Assembly (NCBI GenBank): GCA_011171075.1
Contig: DUFD01000025.1
Coordinates: 30,281 to 94,280, forward strand
Direction: 5' to 3'
Length of the DNA stretch: 64,000 nucleotides
From: Dehalococcoidia bacterium
GTDB taxonomy: Bacteria; Chloroflexota; Dehalococcoidia; Dehalococcoidales; Fen-1064
In this document: piece by piece, positions 28,468 to 36,091 of the stretch
Layout of the letters: each line of letters begins with the position of its first letter
How positions within the stretch are numbered: position 1 is the stretch's first letter
Made by a program: the position numbers and the translations under genes
The notes under the pieces: model-generated
What the model was told of the DNA's origin: nothing
The model's database searches: none
Seen by the model: only the letters and a program-made list of their open reading frames with translations

Positions 28468-29304
28468 CTACCAACCTGTAGGCACCCCCCAGAACTCACA
28501 AGACTGGCACAGGCGCACTTTATTTCTCTGCCCCTGGATGTGGTGTTGCAAGTATGATTTCCTTAATTCGCCATTCCAGATATCTTCCAGAGGTGTGGTG
28601 TTGGCATCACCGATAATTCCATATTTGTGGGGGTCAAATCTGACGCACATGGCAACGCTGCCGTCTCTCTTGATAACCATGTGGCTCAGAAGGTCAAGGC
28701 ATATTCCCAGTTCAGGTACCGTGGGGGATTTCTTGTAGGCAAAGCTACCCATCGGTGAGTGTAATATTCTGGTAGCAATGATGCATCCCAACTCCTTGTA
28801 CCTGACCAGGTCCACGTCGCCGAGGCACCTGATGATTACGTTCGGCCTGCGGTTACGTTTATATGCCAGGAACTCCTTTAGCAGGCTGTATTGCTCGTCG
28901 GCTTCGGGGTCAGCCTCGAAGGTGGATATGGTTATCGTGTCCAGATTGTCTATAATCTCATCGGCTTTTGCTATTAGCAATTTACCGTTCGTGTCCACGC
29001 ACTTAATCTGCCGGTCGAATAACTTCACGGCTTCGCCAAATCGGGGGTAGAGCAAAGGTTCTCCATTATCGTGAAATTGAACGACCATATCCGGGGGTAA
29101 CTGCCTGGCTATTGATTCCACCAAACCCCAGTCCATATCGCCCCAATTGGCTAGTTCAGGGTAGTCCCTCTCTATTTTGCGTCGGCCGCACATCCAGCAG
29201 TTCTTGTTGCACCGACTGGTCAATTCTATATTGACCACTCCCAGGCCATTGAACCCCATTTGTTTCTCCAGTTTTCTATCGGTATCAGGGCAGTAGACTG
29301 TCAT
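28468..29304 (-). CDS. Radical SAM enzyme (possible SPASM-like C-terminal Cys cluster)
   Basis: CX3CX2C motif in ELTSRCNKNCWMCGRR. Further Cys residues near the C-terminus (AMCVRF...LCQSCEFWG). Confidence 0.75.
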   Translation of the reverse strand: MTVYCPDTDRKLEKQMGFNGLGVVNIELTSRCNKNCWMCGRRKIERDYPELANWGDMDWGLVESIARQLPPDMVVQFHDNGEPLLYPRFGEAVKLFDRQIKCVDTNGKLLIAKADEIIDNLDTITISTFEADPEADEQYSLLKEFLAYKRNRRPNVIIRCLGDVDLVRYKELGCIIATRILHSPMGSFAYKKSPTVPELGICLDLLSHMVIKRDGSVAMCVRFDPHKYGIIGDANTTPLEDIWNGELRKSYLQHHIQGQRNKVRLCQSCEFWGVPTGW

Positions 29305-29309
29305 TTTAT

Positions 29310-30176
29310 TCAGGCTGTTGCGTACTCTCTGAAGTATCTTAATTTGGCGGCATTAGCCTCTTCTTCCGCGGTGACTCTCTTGATACCATCGCCGAGTAGC
29401 TTCGGGAGACTCTTGGCGTTATCTACCAGCAGACTGAGTCCTCTGGCTTCGAGGGAGGCCGCCTGGTCACTACCGTACATTGCCCTGTCGAGCGTTATGT
29501 GCCGCTCGATAGCTACTGCGCCCAGCGCGGCGGCTACAATAGATGGCATGGGGCTTACCTCATGCCCGCTGTAACCGACATCACATTTGTAGCGCTCTCT
29601 CAGGGCCTGGATGCATAACAGGTTGAGGTCCTCCTCCCTGGCGGGATACGTCCCCTGACAGTGCATCAGGGTAAAGGGGCACTCATGCTCCCTGAAGATA
29701 TCTACCGCTTTATCAACGTCGTCGTAGGTGCTCATGCCGGTTGATATGAATGTATGCTTGCGCTCCTCGGCAACAACGTTCAGCAGGGGGATATTCGTCA
29801 GCATTGGTGAGGCTATCTTGTTGTATTTGCAGTTGTACTGTCTGATAAACATCTGGCTTTCTACATCCCATGATGAGGCAAACCAGTCGATTCCACGCTG
29901 TCGGCAATGTTCGTCAATGATATCGTATTCCTCTTTGCCGAATTCTAAAGCCTCTTTCTGCGCCCTCTGGGTTGTTCCCCACGGGCTCTCCCTCGGGGAG
30001 TCCAGTAGCTCTTCTGAATAAACAATGTCTACCGTCCTTTTCTGAAACTTGACGGCATCACACCCGCAGTCCTTGGCCATGTCAATAAGCTTTCTAGCTA
30101 TATTGACCACCCCGTTGTGATTGATGCCTATCTCCGCGATGATAAAAGGAATATTGTTTTTGTCCACTACGTCCAC
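29310..30176 (-). CDS. NeuB-family PEP-condensing ulosonate synthase, short form without SAF domain
   Basis: FIIAEIGINHNG...DAVKFQ...GYSGH...ERHITLD matches the NeuB TIM barrel. It is 288 aa, against about 345 aa for NeuB/PseI/LegI. Confidence 0.8.
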   Translation of the reverse strand: MDVVDKNNIPFIIAEIGINHNGVVNIARKLIDMAKDCGCDAVKFQKRTVDIVYSEELLDSPRESPWGTTQRAQKEALEFGKEEYDIIDEHCRQRGIDWFASSWDVESQMFIRQYNCKYNKIASPMLTNIPLLNVVAEERKHTFISTGMSTYDDVDKAVDIFREHECPFTLMHCQGTYPAREEDLNLLCIQALRERYKCDVGYSGHEVSPMPSIVAAALGAVAIERHITLDRAMYGSDQAASLEARGLSLLVDNAKSLPKLLGDGIKRVTAEEEANAAKLRYFREYATA

Positions 30177-30192
30177 ACCCCTTTCCCGGATT

Positions 30193-30831
30193 TTAGTATT
30201 GTTCCGACGGCACGCTGCACTTGCCGAATAGTTCTTTCTCCACCAGATAGCAGATAATGTGGCCCATCATGATGTGCGATTCCTGGATTCGAGGCACCTC
30301 GGTTGAGGGGACAGCCAGTAGATAGTCGACATTTTCTGCCAGTTTCCCGCCTGTAGCTCCGGTAAAAGCTACGGTTATCCCGCCCTGTCGTCTGGCTTCT
30401 TCAATACCTCGAATTACATTTTGCGAGTCGCCACTGGTGCTGATGCCGATGACGACATCACCGGGCTTGACCGATGCCTCGACCTGACGGGCAAAGACCT
30501 CGCTGAAATCATAATCATTGGCAATCGCCGTTAATTCGGACGTATTGGTGGTCAGGGCCAGCGATTCCAGAGCCTTTCTTCTGAGATAAAACTTACTGAC
30601 CAGCTCACAGGACAGGTGTTGGGCATCAGCGGCACTCCCTCCGTTGCCGAACCAGAGAACCTTGTTGCCCTTTCGGTAAACACGAATTATCTCCTCCGCA
30701 ATTTGCGCCATGGTTTTCGGGCAGGTTTCTATTAACTGCTTCTTTACAGAGATACAGTCTTCAATATGTTGCAGTATGTCCTCTTCCATCGAGGTCTGGT
30801 TTATTACCCGTTTCATGCCATCTGGGCTCAT
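30193..30831 (-). CDS. SIS-domain sugar-phosphate isomerase (GmhA/PtmF-like)
   Basis: GNGGSAADAQHLSCELV...ISTSGDS...ESHIMMGH matches the GmhA-type SIS fold. The start is uncertain (30831, 30816 or 30789). Confidence 0.75.
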   Translation of the reverse strand: MSPDGMKRVINQTSMEEDILQHIEDCISVKKQLIETCPKTMAQIAEEIIRVYRKGNKVLWFGNGGSAADAQHLSCELVSKFYLRRKALESLALTTNTSELTAIANDYDFSEVFARQVEASVKPGDVVIGISTSGDSQNVIRGIEEARRQGGITVAFTGATGGKLAENVDYLLAVPSTEVPRIQESHIMMGHIICYLVEKELFGKCSVPSEQY

Positions 30832-30920
30832 GGTGATTATGATATATGGACAGGAGACATATATTACTTATTAAATTATATCGTACTCCTACTTTAAAAG
30901 GAAGTCAACTGTCCAAATAG

Positions 30921-30950
30921 TTGCTCATTACGTGCTTTTTATGCTATAGT
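30921..30950 (+). promoter_or_regulatory. Candidate sigma70-type promoter for the + strand epimerase/dehydrogenase/ACP-FkbH operon
   Basis: TTGCTC, an 18-nt spacer, then TGC-TATAGT (extended -10). It lies 43 nt upstream of the ATG at 30993, in a divergent intergenic region. Confidence 0.5.
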
Positions 30951-30992
30951 AAAAAACTGAAAATCAACCCGGGTGATTAGCAGGGTTAGTAG

Positions 30993-31937
30993 ATGGGCGG
31001 ACAAAGAGTAGTGGTTACCGGTGGGGCCGGTTTTATTGGCTCACATGTGGCTGAGGCACTGGCGCAGCGTGGATACCGGGTCGTCGTCCTGGATGACCTC
31101 TCTACCGGGAGAAAGGGAAACATTGAACAATTTCTCAGTAATGGCGATGTAGAATTTGTCCAGGGCAGTATTACCGACATCTCTTTATTGCAGCACGCTT
31201 TCAAAGGTGCCCGGTGCGTTTTCCACCTTGCGGCTCTTCCCAGCGTTCCCCGAAGCATCGAAAATCCTGCGGCCTCTCACGAGGTAAATGCCACCGGCAC
31301 GCTGAATGTGCTGCTCGCTGCCAGGGATAACGCTGTCCGGAGGGTAATCTATTCCTCATCATCGTCGGTATATGGTGATACTCCCACCTTGCCCAAAAGG
31401 GAAGACATGCCGCTCAATCCCCGGTCGCCTTACGCGGTAAGTAAGATGACGGGTGAATACTACTGCTCGGTCTTTCAGCAGGTCTATGCTCTGCCCATAG
31501 TTTGCCTTAGGTATTTCAATGTTTACGGCCCGCGACAGGACCCTGCCTCTCAGTATGCCGCAGTAATCCCCAGGTTTATCAACTGGATTTCTCAGGGAAA
31601 TCAGCCGGTAATTCTGGGAGATGGTGAGCAGACCCGCGACTTCACCTTTGTGCGGGATGTTGTGGCGGCCAATATTCTGGCTATGGAGAAAGATCTGAAC
31701 GGCGTCTTCAATATCGGGGGTGGTAGAAGTATTGCGATAAACAAACTGGCCAGACTTGTTATCAGGCTGATGGGTAATAATGTGGAGCCAGTTTATGAAG
31801 CAGCGCGTCCGGGTGATGTCATGCACAGCCTGGCGGACATCTCACGGGCAGAGGCCTGCGGCTATCGGCCAGCCTATAGCCTGGAAGAAGGACTGAGAGA
31901 GACCATAAGGAGCTTCAATGGGACACGACCTGGATAA
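30993..31937 (+). CDS. NAD-dependent nucleotide-sugar 4-epimerase (WbpP/TviC-like SDR)
   Basis: VVVTGGAGFIGSH and catalytic YAVSK. It is translationally overlapped with a WbpO/TviB-like dehydrogenase. Confidence 0.8.
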   Translation: MGGQRVVVTGGAGFIGSHVAEALAQRGYRVVVLDDLSTGRKGNIEQFLSNGDVEFVQGSITDISLLQHAFKGARCVFHLAALPSVPRSIENPAASHEVNATGTLNVLLAARDNAVRRVIYSSSSSVYGDTPTLPKREDMPLNPRSPYAVSKMTGEYYCSVFQQVYALPIVCLRYFNVYGPRQDPASQYAAVIPRFINWISQGNQPVILGDGEQTRDFTFVRDVVAANILAMEKDLNGVFNIGGGRSIAINKLARLVIRLMGNNVEPVYEAARPGDVMHSLADISRAEACGYRPAYSLEEGLRETIRSFNGTRPG

Positions 31938-33168
31938 CAAGTTTGTCTGCGTGGTGGGGCTGGGATATGTGGGCCTACCGCTGGCTGAGGCGTTTGCCGC
32001 GAAATTGAGGGTAATCGGTTTTGATGTTGATAGCGATAGGGTGAGGAAGCTAAAGGAGAGCAACGGCAACGGTAACCTCACCCTGACTGATGACCCAAAG
32101 GAGATAGGCCGGGCTGACTTTGTTATTATCTGCGTGCCTACGCCGCTGACCCGGTCCAGAGAGCCCGACCTTTCCTATGTAATAAGTGCTGCCAGAACGG
32201 TGAGTCAGAACATGAAGCGGGGCAGCGTAATTATTGTCGAGTCCACCTATTACCCGGGTGTCACCGAGGAGGTGGTAAAGCCGATTCTGGAGGAGTCGGG
32301 TTTCCGATGTGGTGATGGCTTTAAGATTGCTTATTCCCCTGAGAGGGTCAATCCCGGCGACAGTGAGCATGAGATTGGCAAAATCAGCAAGGTAGTGAGC
32401 GGGATGGATGTCGAGACCGCAGAAATGGTGGCGCAACTCTACAGCAGGATTACCGATGTTTACATTGCCAGGGATATCAGGACGGCCGAGGCGGCCAAGG
32501 TAATTGAGAATATTCAGCGTGACCTGAATATCGCCCTGATGAATGAGCTGTCGCTTATCTTTGAGCGGATGGGCCTTAGCACCGAAGACGTGCTTGATGC
32601 GGCCGCCACCAAATGGAACTTCGTCCGTTACGCTCCGGGCCTTGTTGGTGGGCACTGCATTCCGGTTGATCCTTACTACCTGGTTCACAAGGCCAGGGCA
32701 CTGGGGTATTATCCGCAGGTCGTGCTGGCGGGCAGGGCGATAAACGACTACATGGCGAAGCACGTCGCCGAGATGATGATAAAAGCACTGAACGAAATGG
32801 GCAGGGTAATTAAAGGCTCTAAAGTGCTGGTAATGGGCTTGACCTATAAGGAGAATGTCCCCGATATCAGGGAAACGCCGGCAAAGGCGGTGATAGGAGA
32901 ATTGAAGGGGTATGGTGTTGATGTATATGGCTACGACCCCCTTCTGGATGGCGTTGAGATTGAATTCGGCATCAAAGCGGTTACGGACCTTAATGGGAAG
33001 ACCAGATACGATGGCATTATCCTCACCGTGGCCCATCAGGCGTTTGAGGGGATAACCCTGGGCAAGCTGGCGGCTATCACGAATAGCCATCCGGTGCTGA
33101 TAGATGTGCGTGGTTATTATGATGGTAAGGAGGCGGTAGCCAACGGGTTCTATTACCGCACTTTATAG
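31918..33168 (+). CDS. Nucleotide-sugar (UDP-HexNAc) 6-dehydrogenase, WbpO/TviB-like
   Basis: NAD fold VVGLGYVGLP and the catalytic region GGHCIPVDPYYL. Confidence 0.8.
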   Translation: MGHDLDNKFVCVVGLGYVGLPLAEAFAAKLRVIGFDVDSDRVRKLKESNGNGNLTLTDDPKEIGRADFVIICVPTPLTRSREPDLSYVISAARTVSQNMKRGSVIIVESTYYPGVTEEVVKPILEESGFRCGDGFKIAYSPERVNPGDSEHEIGKISKVVSGMDVETAEMVAQLYSRITDVYIARDIRTAEAAKVIENIQRDLNIALMNELSLIFERMGLSTEDVLDAAATKWNFVRYAPGLVGGHCIPVDPYYLVHKARALGYYPQVVLAGRAINDYMAKHVAEMMIKALNEMGRVIKGSKVLVMGLTYKENVPDIRETPAKAVIGELKGYGVDVYGYDPLLDGVEIEFGIKAVTDLNGKTRYDGIILTVAHQAFEGITLGKLAAITNSHPVLIDVRGYYDGKEAVANGFYYRTL

Positions 33169-33183
33169 CGGGTCTATATACAG

Positions 33184-33636
33184 ATGAAGGCTTTATTCCA
33201 TAAGCACCAGTCCGGCTATATCCTTTCCGTTGTTCTCTTGGGAGCGGTACTGGGGGTTACGGGTGTGTTGGGCTACTCGCTGACTACCTTCTACGGAGGG
33301 GAGTCGTTTACCGAGTTTTATATCCTGGGAGTTAGTGGCAATACTGAAGAATACCCGACAGAGATCAGGGTTGGTGAGGAGGCGCAGGTAATTGTCGGAA
33401 TCATAAACCACGAAGGGGAACAGCAGAGCTATCAGGCGGAGGTCAGGATAAACGGCGTATTCAAGAACAGCGTTGGCCCTATTGCGCTGGCAAACGAAAA
33501 GGGTTGGGAAGGTATGCTTGGTTTCATATCGGATAGCGTGGGAAATAACCAGAAAGTGGAATTCTTGCTGTTTAAGGGAGAGGAGACCGAATCCTGTCTG
33601 GAGCCACTCCGCCTGTGGGTTAATGTGAGGGAATAG
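33184..33636 (+). CDS. Small single-pass membrane protein with extracytoplasmic beta-rich domain (DUF1616-like)
   Basis: An N-terminal TM helix is followed by FTEFYILG...EEYP...VIVGIINHEGEQQSYQAEV. The family call is from memory. Confidence 0.5.
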   Translation: MKALFHKHQSGYILSVVLLGAVLGVTGVLGYSLTTFYGGESFTEFYILGVSGNTEEYPTEIRVGEEAQVIVGIINHEGEQQSYQAEVRINGVFKNSVGPIALANEKGWEGMLGFISDSVGNNQKVEFLLFKGEETESCLEPLRLWVNVRE

Positions 33637-33662
33637 GGTACCGAGCTTCGAGGTCTGTCGAA

Positions 33663-33950
33663 TTGGAAAAGGGTGAAATCAGGGAAGTGATTTACGCTTC
33701 TATGAGGACGATAAACGAGCAAAAAGACAGAGGCGACCGTCTGGAATTGAAGGAAGATACATGCCTGTTCGGGAGAGAGTCGAAGCTTGACTCTCTTGGT
33801 CTGGTGAATCTCATTGTCGATATCGAGCAAAGACTTACCGACGGGTTCGGCGTTGAAATATCACTGACCGACGAAAGAGCAATGTCGCCGGAGAATAGTC
33901 CATTTATGAACGTTAAATCGCTGACCGATTACATTTCCTCGCTTGTGTAG
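33663..33950 (+). CDS. Acyl carrier protein
   Basis: 95 aa with the phosphopantetheine attachment motif LDSLGLVNL. It lies immediately upstream of the FkbH-like loader. Confidence 0.75.
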   Translation: MEKGEIREVIYASMRTINEQKDRGDRLELKEDTCLFGRESKLDSLGLVNLIVDIEQRLTDGFGVEISLTDERAMSPENSPFMNVKSLTDYISSLV

Positions 33951-33959
33951 AGGAGGCCG

Positions 33960-35654
33960 ATGGCCCCTAAAGATTTCAAGTGCCTGCTCGTAGCCGATTT
34001 TACTATTGATGGTTTTGCAGGCTATTTGAAAAACGATGAAGACTTCCCCACGGTTGAAAGCATTGTGGCTCCGTTCGACCAGGTGGTTCAGGTGCTGATG
34101 GACGGTGACCTGGAGTGCTGGAAGAGTAAGCCTGATTTTGCCGTGGTCTGGACTCGCCCCGAGAGTATTATCAGGTCTTTTAATCAGGTACTCGATTATG
34201 AGGCCGTGCCGATGGCGCAGATTCTTAAGGAAGTGGATGAGTACGCTTCACTCCTGGCGATGATGAGCGGTAGAGTGAAATCAGTGCTTGTGCCGACATG
34301 GGTTTCTCCACCGTACCACAGGGGCCTGGGGATGCTCGACCTGAAGACAGGCATCGGGGTAGCCAGTACCCTGATGCGGATGAACCTGAGGCTTGCGGAG
34401 AATTTCGATGAATCGTCTAACATATATTTGCTGGATACTCAGAGGTGGGTAAGTGTCGCCGGAAAGCACGCCTTTAACCCGAAGCTATGGTACATGGGTA
34501 AGGTTGCCTTTGGTAGCGACGTTTTCAAAGAAGGCGTCAGGGATGTGAAGTCGGCTCTGAGCGGTATAGTTGGCGGTTCCAAAAAACTGATAATCCTCGA
34601 CCTCGATGATACCCTCTGGGGTGGGGTTGTCGGCGACGTCGGCTGGGAAGGTATCAGGTTGGGTGGACATGATCATCTCGGTGAGGCATACGTTGATTTC
34701 CAGCGTGCCCTGAAATCACTGACAAAACGCGGCATCCTGCTGGGGATAGTTAGCAAGAACGAGGAGGCGGTAGCAATCGAGGCGATAACCAGTCACCCGG
34801 AGATGGTCCTCCGGCTGGATGACTTTGCTGGCTGGAGGATTAACTGGCAGGACAAGGCCCTGAATATCGTTGACCTGGTCTCGGAATTAAACCTCGGCCT
34901 GCAGTCGGTAGTATTTATTGATGACAACCCGGTGGAAAGGGCACGGGTCAGAGAGGCGTTGAGCGAAGTTTTCGTGCCGGAGTGGCCCGAAGACAAGATG
35001 CTTTACCGGAGTACGCTGCTTGGCCTGCGTGTATTTGATACTCCTTCTATCAGTGAGGAGGATGCCGGGAGAACGAAGATGTATGTACTGGAGCGGCAGC
35101 GTAGCGACCTGAAGAAGACGGTTGGCTCCCTGGATGAGTGGCTAAGGAGCCTGGACACAAAAATACAGGTGGAGGAGTTGAATAAGGCCAATCTGCAGCG
35201 GGCTGCCCAGTTATTGAACAAGACCAACCAGATGAATCTCACGACAAGAAGAATGACCGAGTTGGAAATGGCAGACTGGGCCCGGCAGGACAATCATAAA
35301 CTATGGACTTTTCGGGTATCGGACAATTTCGGGGATTCGGGACTGACCGGCATAATTAGTCTGGAATTCGAAGGTAAGGTTGGGAGGATTGTGGACTTTG
35401 TGCTGAGCTGCCGGGTCATGGGGCGTAAAGTCGAGGAGACGATGCTCTATACGGCAATCAAAGGTGCAAAATCTCAGCACCTGGATAGGATATACGCAAA
35501 TTATATCCCGACCTTCAGGAATAAGCCGTGCCTGGATTTCTGGAAGACATCAGGATTTTCTTATAACGGCACAGATAGCTGTTTTTCCTGGGAGCTATGT
35601 GATGAGTACGCCTTGCCCGACTGTATAAAAATCGAGGGTGAGAAGGAAGCGTGA
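33960..35654 (+). CDS. FkbH-like HAD-IIIC phosphatase/acyl-ACP loader
   Basis: The HAD motif I context LIILDLDDTLWGGVVGD...GILLGIVSKNEE...VFIDDNP is typical of the FkbH family. Confidence 0.8.
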   Translation: MAPKDFKCLLVADFTIDGFAGYLKNDEDFPTVESIVAPFDQVVQVLMDGDLECWKSKPDFAVVWTRPESIIRSFNQVLDYEAVPMAQILKEVDEYASLLAMMSGRVKSVLVPTWVSPPYHRGLGMLDLKTGIGVASTLMRMNLRLAENFDESSNIYLLDTQRWVSVAGKHAFNPKLWYMGKVAFGSDVFKEGVRDVKSALSGIVGGSKKLIILDLDDTLWGGVVGDVGWEGIRLGGHDHLGEAYVDFQRALKSLTKRGILLGIVSKNEEAVAIEAITSHPEMVLRLDDFAGWRINWQDKALNIVDLVSELNLGLQSVVFIDDNPVERARVREALSEVFVPEWPEDKMLYRSTLLGLRVFDTPSISEEDAGRTKMYVLERQRSDLKKTVGSLDEWLRSLDTKIQVEELNKANLQRAAQLLNKTNQMNLTTRRMTELEMADWARQDNHKLWTFRVSDNFGDSGLTGIISLEFEGKVGRIVDFVLSCRVMGRKVEETMLYTAIKGAKSQHLDRIYANYIPTFRNKPCLDFWKTSGFSYNGTDSCFSWELCDEYALPDCIKIEGEKEA

Positions 35655-35657
35655 CCT

Positions 35658-36083
35658 GTGGCTGCTGAGCGCTCACGGAGAATCAAGCGGTTACACTTCT
35701 TCGGGGAAAAGGCGCGCTTTCATCATATCGGCCTTGCTGTGAAGTCTATCAGAGATGTGAGCCCGTCGAGTGAAGTAATCGTGGATTCCGTTCAAAAGGT
35801 CTCTCTTGCCTTTGTCTCGGTCGGCGGGATTAAAATCGAGTTTCTTGAGCCGTCGGGTGAGGACTCCCCGGTGTTCGAGAGCCTGAAGAAAAACGTGAAG
35901 CTCCTTCACATCTGTTACTCGGTCCCCGATATCGAAAAAGCCATACAAGAATGCCGGAAACATGGTTTCCATTGCATTGCCCGACCGGTACCGGCTGTGG
36001 CGTTCAACAACCGTAAAATCGCCTGGGTTTATAGTCCGGTATACGGGCTGATTGAGCTACTGGAGAGTCCTGGAAAGCCATAA
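35658..36083 (+). CDS. VOC-family, methylmalonyl-CoA-epimerase-like protein
   Basis: GTG start. FHHIGLAV...IEFLEP...LLHICYSVPDI...GLIELLE matches the epimerase-type VOC pattern. Confidence 0.7.
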   Translation: MAAERSRRIKRLHFFGEKARFHHIGLAVKSIRDVSPSSEVIVDSVQKVSLAFVSVGGIKIEFLEPSGEDSPVFESLKKNVKLLHICYSVPDIEKAIQECRKHGFHCIARPVPAVAFNNRKIAWVYSPVYGLIELLESPGKP

Positions 36084-36091
36084 CAGTTGAG

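Noticed and set aside
32050-33090. 346-aa ORF antisense to the nucleotide-sugar dehydrogenase gene.
   Set aside because: The sense strand carries unmistakable dehydrogenase motifs (GLGYVGLP, GGHCIPVDPYY). The antisense product is Arg/His/Leu/Gly-rich with no recognisable motif, start context or Shine-Dalgarno. This is typical of a shadow ORF.
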